From Mobula hypostoma (Eukaryota), in assembly GCF_963921235.1 (NCBI RefSeq), contig NC_086097.1, positions 20,400,001-20,464,000 on the forward strand: a DNA stretch of 64,000 bases. Direction: 5' to 3'. Below, in pieces: positions 27,432 through 38,826 of the stretch (the stretch's first letter is position 1; each line of letters starts with the position of its first letter). The notes under the pieces are model-generated. The model was not told the origin of the DNA. It saw nothing but the letters and a program-made list of their open reading frames with translations, and searched no databases. The translations under genes were made by a program, and so were the position numbers.

Positions 27432-28725
27432 TGTCACGTACCCCGTGACGGGGATAAAGAACCAGCAGAGATGGAAAACACTTTGGAGTCTGGTATTGCT
27501 ATAAACTACTAATATTTATTAGTAACTACGCAGCACAGTAATATAAATGCAGACAAACCAAACAGGTTAGCAATGATTATATAGAAAAGTAAGTGTGGAA
27601 TATATATGTATGAGAACCAAGTTTCTTTAAGTCTAGGGGTAAAAAGATACAGTCTTACGATGTTGAGTAAAGTTCAGTTCAGTTGGTGGTATTTAGTTGA
27701 GTAGCGATGGAGAGAGAGAGAGAGAGAGAGTGAGTTGAGTCTTCAGGTGAGCTGATGCCGTTGATCTTCTCGTCGTCCTCCGAAATCCTTTACAAGTCAC
27801 CGACTGTGACTTTAACCAGGGGGACCGGTCTTCTGTGGTGGAGCTATCACCCAGGCGAGGGTGGACACATAGACAACTCCCCACCAGTCAACCCCTTCTT
27901 CACTGATGGAATAACAATTTGGATCGATCCGCCTGATCGATCCTCCAAAACCCACTTTCTCTGCGGGCACAACAATGCTCATTCAGTGTCCAGATCATGT
28001 GTCCTGAGGTCTGTATCATCTGACCTCCTATTTTATTTCACCAGGCTGAGCATCACCTGTCACTCAAAGAGTCCCTCCTTCCTTTGTCTGTAAAGGAGTG
28101 CAAGCAGGCAACAAGTCCTTGAAAGTAATATCAACAATCTGCCTTTGGTCACCATAGCAACCTTCGAGCTGCTCGGTGCTGTCTCCAACTCCAAACTCAG
28201 TAAAAATCCAAAGTTACTTCCAATGCCTTAAAGTGACAGTCCAACTGTTAATCTTCATCTCTCTCTCTCTCTTTTCCAAAAGCAACATATCGGTGGTAAA
28301 TAACTCTGTGTGTGTGTGTGTGTCTCTCTCTCTCTCTCTCTCCTCTCTCTCCTCTCTCTCCTCTCTCTCCTCTCTCTCCTCTCTCCTCTCTCTCCCCTCT
28401 CCCCTCTCCCCTCTCCCCTCTCCCCTCTCCCCTCTCCCCTCTCCCCTCTCCCCTCTCCCCTCCCCTCTCCCCTCTCCCCTCTCCCCTCTCCCCTCTCCCC
28501 TCTCCCCTCTCCCCTCTCCCCTCTCCCCTCTCCCCTCTCCCCTCTCCCCTCTCCCCTCTCCCCTCTCCCCTCTCCCCTCTCCCCTCTCCCCTCTCCCCTC
28601 TCCCCTCTCCCCTCTCCCCTCTCCCCTCTCCCCTCTCCCCTCTCCCCCCCCCCTTCCAAACAAATCATCAATGATAAATGTCTCTCTCCAAACAGTTGAT
28701 AGGAGTACTCCAGGATCTCCTCATA
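27432..28725 (-). mobile_element. Probable solo LTR (Gypsy-like)
   Basis: Starts TGTCAC, ends ...ctcata (CA->TA), 4-bp TSD gttg on both sides, minus-strand AATAAA near 27515-27520, no ORF. Confidence 0.6.
28307..28655. repeat. Compound microsatellite (TG)n-(TC)n-(TCCTCTCTC)n-(TCCCCTC)n
   Basis: Directly visible; pure pyrimidine tract of about 330 nt. Confidence 0.97.
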
Positions 28726-28894
28726 GTTGTGTCCTCCTTTTGTTCGGGCAACACCTCCATTGGAATTGAACTTGAAAGCGAGACTATATTTGTTGAAATT
28801 TATAACAGAACAATTTGACAAGAATGCCTCTGTAATATTTTAAACGATTGATTTTGTGTTTTACCGTTTTAATTTTGTTCTTCTTTTTGCCTAG

Positions 28895-29023
28895 TTTCTG
28901 AATGTGCCCATGTTTCGGAACGTAACGTTGAAGTGTTTGACTGAGATTGCTGGCGTCAATGTCAGTCAGTATGATGAACAGTTCGTCTCTTTGTTTACAT
29001 TAACACTCATTCAGCTCAAACAG
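28895..29023 (+). CDS. XPO1: Exportin-1 exon 10
   Basis: ctag|FLNVPMFRNVTLKCLTEIAGVNVSQYDEQFVSLFTLTLIQLKQ|gtaaa, 129 nt. Confidence 0.97.
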
Positions 29024-29057
29024 GTAAATGGAACCTGAGGCCACATGAAAATTATGT

Positions 29058-29575
29058 GTAGTACTGAGCAAATGTGAAAGGCACATTTATATAGCTTGAG
29101 TGCCCAGAACTTTTGCACAGTACTAGAGTAATTTTATGTATTGCACTGTACTGCTGCTGCAAAAAAAGACAAATTTCATGACATTTGTGAGTGATGATAA
29201 ACCTGATCAAGATATGGGTCTCTCTTGTGGACTGAGAGTGGGAAGGGGTCAGGGAGAGGGGAATCGTGGTTGAGAGAAGGGGGAGGGAGGTAATAGGAAG
29301 CACCAGAGAGACATTCTGTAATGACCAATAAAGTAATTGTTTTGAATCAAATCACCTTGCAAGGTGGCTCAGGGCTGGGTGTGTCTGCACCTGCGACACA
29401 CTCTGCCCCGCCACACTTTCCCTGCCACAGCTCCCTACCCTTGTCATTCCCAACATCCTTTGCTCCTGCCAGATTTACAAACTCGCTCTCTGCTCCACGT
29501 TGACAAATACAGTACTGTGCAAAAGTCTTACGGACCCAAGCTATATATATGTACATAAAACTCTCGCAGAGGACT
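29058..29575 (+). mobile_element. Composite Tc1-type MITE (other copies about 36700-37262 + and 52234-52723 -)
   Basis: Three copies share an internal sequence bounded by short cagtactgtgcaaaagtc...cttttgcacagtactg palindromes. Confidence 0.75.
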
Positions 29576-29780
29576 CCTTCTGGGCAATATCCAATAAGAA
29601 GAACCAAGAACTGATGCTTGAAATATAACAGCACTCAAGTCCACATTGGGATTTGTCTCTTGGCACCAAGAACCAGGTAGTTCCAGTGTTTAAACCCCAA
29701 CTTGGGGCTGTCTGTGACTCCTTACCTGGTCCCTTCTTCCTGTTCCAGCGTCTATTCAAAGCAGAATAACTTTTTGTACT

Positions 29781-30012
29781 GGCCGGCTGGTGGCGTAGTG
29801 GCATCAGCGCCGGACTTCAGAGCGAAGGCTCCCGAGTTTGAACCCAGCCGGCAGCCCAGGCATGCTTTCCATCCATGCTGGGTTGAGCGTCAAGCTAGCA
29901 ACTCGAACTGGTAAAAAAGAAATTGCCTGCTACAGAAACATCAACAGCAAAAAAAAAGTTAATGGCCTATGCTCTCTTGTGAGTTTAAAGGCAATTTCCT
30001 TCCTTTCCTTCC
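29781..30012 (+). mobile_element. tRNA-derived SINE
   Basis: tggcgtagtgg A box, gtttgaacc B box, (TTCC)n tail, ttttgta flanking repeat. Confidence 0.65.
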
Positions 30013-30179
30013 TTTTGTATTGCAGAGCATGTTCTGAAATACAACACGGATATTCTCCGGAGGGTGGCAGAGTTATTTTTGCAGAGGAAATTATACTGTG
30101 TTTGGTAGTTTGCCAACCCTTACTTAAGACTACAGTGCCGTAGTTTGGATAGTCAAGTGATAACCAGAAGAAGGTCCGC

Positions 30180-30730
30180 TGATGCTGGAAATTCAGAGTT
30201 ACAGTAAGCATGCAAAATGCTGGAGGAACTCAGCAGGTCAGGCAGCGCGGCATCTATGAAGAGGGATAAGCAGTCAACGGTTCAGGCTGAGTCCCTTCAT
30301 CAGCACCCTGGATCGACCCCACGACACTCCTGATGATCAGTCTCAGCCTGAAACGTTGACTGTTTATCTCTTTCCATAAATGCTGCCTGATCTGCTGATT
30401 TCCTCCAGATTTTTATATGCATTATCTAAATTTGGACAGTTGAATCTCCTTCCTGTTCTCCCATGGTCCACTCTCCTCTCCTATCAGATTCCTTCCTCTC
30501 CAGCCCTTTGTCTTTCCTACCTACCTGGCTTCACCTATCACCTTCGAGCTAGCCTCCTTCCCTTTCCCCAACCTTTTTATTCTGCCTTCTTTTCTAGTCG
30601 TGAAGGAGGGTCTTGACCCAAAATGTCAACTGTTTACTCTTTTCCATAGATGTTGCCTGACTTGCCGAGTTCCTCCAGCATTTTGTGCGTGTTGCTCTGT
30701 ATATCAAGCATCTGCAGAATTTCTTGTGTT
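30180..30730. mobile_element. Penelope pLTR fold-back plus an adjacent pLTR/UTR fragment
   Basis: Hammerhead-like copies at 30272-30306 (-), 30327-30361 (+) and about 30596-30631 (+, decayed). Confidence 0.7.
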
Positions 30731-31100
30731 ATTGGTTACATGGACCTTGCCTCTGGTAACTAGTAATCAGTTGATGGGATATAATGAGCAAAGATATTTA
30801 TTGAAATGAATTAAGTAACAAAGTGTTGGAAACCCTCAGCAGTTTGGGCAGCAATCTGCTTCTCTCTCCTCAGAATTCCACCGCCACCCCCAACCACCAC
30901 CTACCTAGTGCTTCCAGAGCTCAGCTTTTGGTTTGGATTTACAGCATCTATGCAATTTTTTAACTTTTATTTGGTTTCTGTGTTTTTTCCCCCCATTTCA
31001 TATAAGACTCAGATTTGGGACATGGATAGCAACTGAGCTCTGGTTTAATGTGTTACATAGAGATTGCACGCATCTAATTTTGGGCCTTGTTTCGTTTCAG

Positions 31101-31259
31101 ATGCTACCTGCCAATACCAACATACGGTTGGCTTATGCAAATGGGAAGGACGATGAGCAGAATTTCATACAGAATCTGAGTCTCTTCCTGTGCACTTTCT
31201 TGAAGGAGCATGGCACCTTGGTAGAAAGAACTCTGGAACTCAGGGAAGCACTCTTGGAT
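31101..31259 (+). CDS. XPO1: Exportin-1 exon 11
   Basis: tcag|MLPANTNIRLAYANGKDDEQNFIQNLSLFLCTFLKEHGTLVERTLELREALLD|gtaag, 159 nt. Confidence 0.97.
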
Positions 31260-33036
31260 GTAAGTTGGCCCTGGAAGATGGCGCATGTGGTAACGTTGCT
31301 GTCCTTCATTCTCATCCCATCTGCTTTGTGGTTCTCTCCGAGATTTCTCTGGGATGAGAGCTGTTTCACTGCTTCCTTCCTGCCACTTCTGGTACCTCAT
31401 GGTGGTGTTGTGGTTTTACAGATACTGTTACCCCGGAGACATTAACCAAAAGACCATACTTAGTGTGGATGACTCTTCATAGAGTAATAGTTAGCCACTC
31501 TCATTCAGGGCAGCAATGAAGGTCCTTCACGTCTGGTGGTGTTCAGGGCTTCCTTCATCATGCCAGTAACTTCCCCTTGGTTTTCACTACTGCCCGCAAG
31601 TCCCAGCTGGGTTTCTACCCTTTGACCTGTTTGGCATGGGTGACCCTACCAGGAGTCAAAAGCGTAAAGCCCTGACTCCAGCCAACGTCGCTCTCCAGGT
31701 TGTTGATGCACACAAGCCTCCAAACCCTTCCACAAGGTTGTGGTCCTCTTGGAGGTTAGTAATGGATAGATGGACATTTATTCAGGAAGGGAATTCCTTA
31801 CTCACCGGTACAATTCAGGCTCTTCGATGTTGTGCTGACAAAAATTCCATCACGAGTGATTAGTGAAATGAGTGGCTTATTAAGATGCAGCATTTTTAAG
31901 ATTCTGCACTTGTGTGATTTTAATGGGGCCTGTTGTGTTACAGCAGATTTTGTGCACAAGCTCCTTTTCTTCTGATGTGATTAGTGGTTGCCTACATCCA
32001 GACTGCAAAACAAGAAATTAGCAGCAGACTAGTCTTCAAAGAATGAGGATCAGGTTTATCATCACTGACGTGTGGTGAAAGATACATAAAATTACTGAAG
32101 GGTGCAGTAGGTAATATTAAAAATAGTGCAAAACAATGGGATGGTGCCTGTGGGTTCCAAAATCCCCAAAAAAAATCCTAAATCCGAAACACTTCGGGCT
32201 CCAGACATTTTGAGGAAGGGGTACACAACCTCTGTTGAGAAGATGACATGTCCCAGGTGGTGAGGGTGCTCCGTGATGGGAGCACCCTCACCACCTGGTT
32301 CGTTGCTGATAATGGACTTGTAAAGCACAAGTAATGATTAAGTCAGTTGTCAGTAGTAATGATCGATTCCTTGGTGATTAAAAATTCACCATGCTTTAAC
32401 AGTACCTCGTGCCTGTCAGCGTGGCAAGTTAAAATGGTGAGTTAGTGGATGAATGTGGGGAATGTGAACAAATAAATGCATTTCTCCAATTATGAAAAGC
32501 AATATTTAGAGATACTGTGTGCAACAGGCCCTTTGGCCCAACGAGCCGCATTGCCCAGAACCGACGGATTTAACCCCAGCCTAATCACAGGACAATTTAC
32601 AGTGACCAGTATGTGATTGGACTGTGGGAGGAAACTGAAGCACCCGGAGGAAACCCACATGGTCATGGGAAGAATGTCCAAACTCCTCATAGACGGTGCT
32701 GGAGGAAACAGCATTGTGTTAACAGCTTTGCTACCATTTTGCCCAGGGTTGTGGAGCACTGTCTCTGTGTGTGGGTGTATGGGAGGGAGGAGCAGGGCTG
32801 GTTTTTCTGTTGTTTTGTTGCTTCTTGAGTTCTGTCGAGCGTCGTGGGCATGCTGTGTTGGTGCTGGAGTGTGTGGTGAATCTGTGCCCCCAGCACATCC
32901 CCTGGTTGTGTTGGTTGTGAACACAGACAGCAGACTTCATTGCATGTTTCGATGTACACGTGGTGTATGAATCTGAATCTTTATTGAGTAACAAATTAAA
33001 TTGTAACACTCTTTTCAATGTTGCCTGTTGTTGTAG

Positions 33037-33231
33037 GGTCTACACTACATGATCCTGATATCGGAGGTGGAGGAGATTGAGATTTTTAAGATTTGTTTGG
33101 AGTACTGGAATCACCTAGCAGGAGAGCTTTATCGGGAGAATCCCTTTTCCATTAGTGCCTCCCCTGCCCTGGGGAGTCCTCACAGTGATGTCCCTCCTCG
33201 GAGGCAGATCTATCTCCCGGTGTTATCGAAG
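33037..33231 (+). CDS. XPO1: Exportin-1 exon 12
   Basis: gtag|GLHYMILISEVEEIEIFKICLEYWNHLAGELYRENPF...RRQIYLPVLSK|gtgag, 195 nt. Confidence 0.97.
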
Positions 33232-34849
33232 GTGAGTGTGCTTTTAACTGGCGATGAAGATTGTGAAAATGAAGCAAAGTGGAGTTCAGGGATCAGGCGA
33301 ACTGTGCTTCACCTTGGATTCTCCACGTCTACCATTCTTCAAGAACTCTCTGTCTCTGTCTCTCTCTTTATCTGTAACTGCCCTGTGCAGGCACCTTCAG
33401 TGCTAATGTTTGAAGGTAATGCTGAATATCTCCTCAGAGGCTATACAGGATGAGTAAATCTGGCCTTCCCAGCAACACCTGTCTTGTCAGTGAACGAGCA
33501 ATATTATGTGTGTATTCCAGGTGCATTCCCTGACCATTTCAGTTTCAGCTTTATTATTGCTGATGTACATCATGAAATTTGTTTTTTTTTGCAATTGCAG
33601 TACAGTGCAATACATTAACTACTGTAAGTTACTCTAAGACCAAACAAGAATCTATCAATATCTGCCTTAAATGTACATGAAGACTTAGCCTCCACAGCTG
33701 CCTGCTACAAAGAATTCCACAGACTCACCACTCTCCGGCTAAAGAAATTCCTCCTCATCTCCATTCTAAAAGGAAGTCCCTCTATTCTAATCACAAACAA
33801 GAGAAAATCTGCAAATGCTGGAAATCTGAGCAACACACACAAAATGTTGGAGGAACTCAGCAGGCCAGGCTGCATCTAGGAAAAGAATGGCCTGCCGAAG
33901 GGTTTCGGCCCAAAATGTAGATGATTTATTTTTTTACTCTTTTGCAAGATGCTGCCTGGCCCGAGGCTCTTTCATCACAAGAAACATCTTCTCCACATCC
34001 ACTCTATTAAGGCCTTTCACCATTCGATAGGTTTCAATTAGGTCACCCCTCATTCTTCTAAATTCCAGTGAGTAAAGGCCCAGAGCCATCAAACACTCTT
34101 CAGATGACAAGCCATTCAAGCCATTAGTGGTTGTTCTGACCACTACACTACTGAGCCACCCCATATCTGTTATATCCACATAATTCCATAGCTCCGGAGT
34201 CCCTACCAGTTAGAATGAGCTGGTGTAAAATTTCTCTTAGTTGCCTTGAGGAAGAACATAGAACAAAAATAGTACAGCCCAGGATATTGTGCGGAACCAA
34301 TTAAATTAGTAATCAAATGGCTAAACTAATCCCTTCTGCCTTCACAATGTCCATATCCCTCCATATTTCTCAGATCCATGTGCCTATCTAAATATCTCTT
34401 AAAAGCCCCTAATGTATTTGCCCCTATCACCACCCCAGGCAGCACATGCCTTGCACCCACCAATCTCTGTTAATAAAACTTGCCCCACACATCTCCTTTG
34501 AAATTTCCTCTCTCTCAGTAAATACATGCCCTCTGGTACAGTATTAGACATTTCAGCCTGGGAGTAAGATTCTGTCTGCTCTATCTGTGCCTTTCATAAT
34601 CTTATAAACCTCTGTCAAATCTCCCCTCAGCCTCCAGGGAAAATAACCCAAGTTTGTCCAATCTCTCGTTAAAGACGTGACTCATTTTTGGGTGAATCTC
34701 TGCTCATAGCACTTAATAATATTACACAGCTGTCCTGACCCGGACACTGTCATTTGACACGACTTTGGTCACAATGAAAGCTGCTCGGTTCGGAGGTGGT
34801 GTTGGAAGTGGCCTTTGCCGTTAGAACTTCCTTTGTCTACTGTTGGTCT

Positions 34850-35870
34850 CGGGCCAGTAGATGTATCTAGGTGACCTGTCCCAGCAACAGTGTTGAATCA
34901 TCTGGCTTTATTTGTCCAGGTGCCTTCATAACTCTTTAAGAGACTCATCACTACCACCTCCTTTTATCTTGAAATGCCCTGGCATATCAATATTCTCAGC
35001 ACTGATCTCCCTCTCCTCCACATCCATCTCCTGGGTAATTACTGATGCAAAGTTCTTATTAGGTACCTCACCCATATCCTTCACATCCAAGAAAATGGTT
35101 TCCCCCCCCCCCCCAATCTGTAAGTGGTCCTACCCTCTCCCTAGTTATCCTCTTCCTATTGATGTATGTATAGAATACTTTGGATTCTCTTCAGTCCTAC
35201 TTGCCTGTCTCCACTTGGCTTTCCTAATTCCCTGTTTGAGTTCTTTACTGGCTTCCAGATGATTGTCAAGGGCTCTGTTTGATTTTAGCTTCCTAAGCTT
35301 TTACATACTTTTATTTTTTTTCTTGACTAAACTCACCATCTATCTCAATATCCAACGTTCTCTTACCTTGCCATCCTTGCAATTCCTTCTGACCGGAAGA
35401 TATCTTTTCTAAAACGCTAAGCACCCATGCCTGTTCCTCTCTCAGACAAGTCTCTGTAATGGCCACCACATTATGGTTCCAGGTACTGTATACATTCTCT
35501 GATATTAAATTTGATCCATGATTAAAGTTCATCACCTTTACCCAAAATACTCCTAGCATTAAAATACACGTACTTCCAACTGTACGTGCTATCATATTTA
35601 GATCTTTGCTCCTGCCTGTTTTTACTGGCCCTACCATCTACCTTCCTCCCCATCCCTCCACTTTCTGACTTGATGCTTTGGTTCCCATCCCCCTGCCAAA
35701 CTAGTTTAAACCCTCCCGAGTAGCCCAAGTGAACCTCCCAGCCAGGATATTGGTTCCTCTCCAGTTCAGATGAAACCCACCCGTCTTGTACCGGTCACCC
35801 CTGCCCCAGAGGAGGTTCCAATGATCCTACGATCTGAAACCTCGCTCCCTGAACCAGTTCCTCAGTTACT
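34850..35870 (-). mobile_element. CR1 fragment (ORF1 end / endonuclease region), degraded
   Basis: YFNARSILGKGDEL, VVAITET, GFKLVWQGDG motifs. Confidence 0.75.
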
Positions 35871-37436
35871 CAAGCAGGCGTTTTCCACGGAGGTTGTGTG
35901 AGATTAGAACTAGAGGTCCCAGGGTAGGGGTGAATGAAAGATAAAGTTTTTAAGGGGAACTTCTTCACTCAGTGTGGTGTGAGTGTGGAACGAGCTTACG
36001 GGTCCTGATGTAGGGGCCCGACCTGAAACGTTGACCACCCCTCTCCTCTGCCTCCACAGATGCTGTCTGACCTGCTGAGTTCACCCATCAGCTTGTTTTG
36101 ACTTAGTCCTGTGAGTCAAGATTGCTTAATGCCATTTCCAGTACACGAGTGCAAAAAACAATAGTGTGTCTGCATCCGAAGAAGTACAAAACACAATACA
36201 ATAAAGAACACAATAATAACAAAAATCAGAATAAATATAAATGCAGAAGGTAGTTGCAAACAGGAGAAAATCTGTAGGCGCTGGAAATCGGCAGGACGTA
36301 AGGGCCCTGAGGAAGTATCTCGGCCCAAGACGTCGACTGTACATTTTTCCATAGATGCTGCCTGACCTGCTGAGCTCCTCCAGCATTTTGTTTGTGTTAC
36401 ATAAGATAGTTTATCAGACTAGATTGGTTAATCGCCCATAAGGTGACGGTAGGCACAGAAATGTCTTTACATAAGGTGACTGACAGGAAATGATAAAGTA
36501 GTGGTGGTGGGTGGGTTTGTGGATGGAGGTGTAGATCAGCCTTACTGCTGGGGAAAAGTAACTGTTTTTGAGTCCAGTGGTCCTGGCATGGATGCTACAT
36601 AGCCGCCTCCCTGATGGGAGGGGGGTAAATGATCCTTGAGCAGGGTGGGTGGGATCCTTCACGATGTTACTGGCCCTGTTCTGGCACCTTTTTGTATATA
36701 CACTACTATACAGACGTCCTGGGCGCATGTATATAGCTTGGGTGTCCTGGAGTTTTGCACAGTACTGTAGTAATTTTAAGTATTGTTTTGTACTGCTGCC
36801 ATTTTAAAAATAAAACAACAAATTTCATGACATACGTGAGTAATGATGTACTTGATTCTGCTGTGGGTCCCTATTGAGGACTGGGAGTGGGAAGGGGGTA
36901 TGGAGAGGGGAATCGTGGTTGGGAAGAGGGGAAGGGTGAGAGGAAGGAGTGGAAAGCACCAGAGAGACATTCTGCCATAAACCAATTGTTCAGAATCAAA
37001 CGACCTTGCCTGGTGTCTCAGGGCTGGTTGTGACTGCACCCACTCCACCACTCTTTCCCCCCCCCCCCAATCCCTGGCACTGCATCTCTGCCACCTGTCC
37101 CACACCCCTCCCGTGACGCTGCACCCTTGCCATTCCCAAAATCCTTTGCTCTCGCTGGGTTTACAAACTCATTCGCTGCTCCACTTTGACAAATACAGTA
37201 CTGTACGAAAGTCTTAGATACTCCAGCTGTATGTATGTGCCTAAAACTTTTTTGCACAGCGCCCGATGTCTTTGACGGTGGGTAGACTGGTGCCGGTGAT
37301 GCGTTGGACAGTTTTGACTACCCATTGTAAAGCCTTCCTGTCCACCACAGTGCAGTTTCCGTACCAGCTTTAAGGGCAAATTAAATCCGGATGCTACATG
37401 ACGGTTATTTTGTGTTTTTTTTTCCCTTTGTTTCAG

Positions 37437-37575
37437 GTGAGGCTTATAATGATCAGCCGGATGGCAAAGCCAGAAGAGGTGCTTGTGGTGGAGAACGAAC
37501 AGGGAGAGGTAGTTCGGGAATTCATGAAAGACACAGACTCCATCAATTTGTACAAGACCATGAGGGAGACCCTGG
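37437..37575 (+). CDS. XPO1: Exportin-1 exon 13 (HEAT9 acidic loop)
   Basis: tcag|[47 protein letters not shown]|gtaag, 139 nt. Confidence 0.97.
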
Positions 37576-37908
37576 GTAAGTTCAGCTCCGCTGGTTTTAG
37601 CAGCTTGTATACAAGTTTTATGATTCTCCTCTTTCTATTAATTGTGCACTGTTGAATAAGTTCAGTTGTCTGTGGGGCACTGGAATTGATTTTGATATCT
37701 TTTGGGAAAATTGGGAGAACGTGCACTCAGTGACCAACATTAGGTGCACATTCTTGCCCTGGTATTGGGAAATAATGGGCTGACTGTAAATGTCAGTGGA
37801 TTATCACCAGTGACTGGTGCATTGGCAAATCATCGAGCTGATCTGCTTATGGATCACATTTGTGGAAGTGAATTTCAGTTCACGGTGAGCTGTGTGTTTC
37901 CCTTTCAG

Positions 37909-38090
37909 TGTACCTCACGCATTTAGACTACGCGGACACTGAATGCATTATGACGGAAAAGCTGCACAACCAAGTGAACGGTACGGAGTGGTCGTGGAAG
38001 AACCTCAACACGCTGTGCTGGGCGATTGGCTCCATCAGTGGCGCAATGCACGAAGAGGATGAGAAGCGTTTCCTCGTCACCGTCATCAAG
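37909..38090 (+). CDS. XPO1: Exportin-1 exon 14
   Basis: tcag|(V)[60 protein letters not shown]|gtcgg, 182 nt. Confidence 0.97.
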
Positions 38091-38306
38091 GTCGGTCAGT
38101 GCTGGAGTTGATGTGCCGCATCAATCCCTCTGCGTTTCAACCCCAGATCGGACATTTCGAATGGCTGTATTTGCGAATCAGTTGTATTATTATTGGCATG
38201 CGTTGTGTTGGGATTTGGGAATACAGGAAATTTGTTGTTTTGCAGCAGCAGTACAGTGCAGTTCATTAAAATTGTACTATATATATACAATACTATATAG
38301 TATATA

Positions 38307-38826
38307 TACAAGGGGTGATTGATAAGTTCGTGGCCTAAGGTAGAAGGAGTCAATTTTAGAAAACCTAGCACATTTATTTTTCAACATAGTCCCTTCCTCC
38401 ATTTACACACTTAGTCCAGTGGTCGTGGGGCATACGGATCCCTTTTTTGTAGAAGTCAGCATTTTGGACCTCCAGAAAGCGTCCACAGCAGGGGTGATGG
38501 ATAAGTTCGTGGCCCAAGGTAGAAGGAGATGAGTTATACAGCTCTCGTTACATGCACATGCAGTTCAACTCTTTGAGTGATTGTGCAGAAAGTTTAAAGT
38601 TAATAACTCATCTCCTTCTACCTTAGGCCACAAACTTATCAATCACCCCTGCTGTGGACACTTCCTGGAGGTCCAAGACGCCGACTTCTACAAAGAAGGG
38701 ATCCGTATGCCCCACGACTGCTGGACTAAGTGTGTAAATGGAGGAAGGGACTATGTTGAAAAATAAATGTGCTAGGTTTTCTAAAATTGACTCCTACCTT
38801 AGGCCATGAACTTATCACCCCTCGTA
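38307..38826. mobile_element. Palindromic mariner-derived MITE
   Basis: TA-caaggggtgattgataagttcgtggcctaagg ... ccttaggccatgaacttatcacccctcg-TA; arms carry the mariner transposase tail FYKEGIRMPHDCWTKCVNGGRDYVEK*. Confidence 0.88.

Noticed and set aside
28176..28821. Five long overlapping ORFs (PSPLS / GERGE repeats)
   Set aside because: Translation of a stop-free microsatellite; no coding evidence.
29781..29850. tRNA-like sequence
   Set aside because: A and B boxes are present but no convincing anticodon arm, and it continues into a repeat tail; a SINE head, not a tRNA gene.
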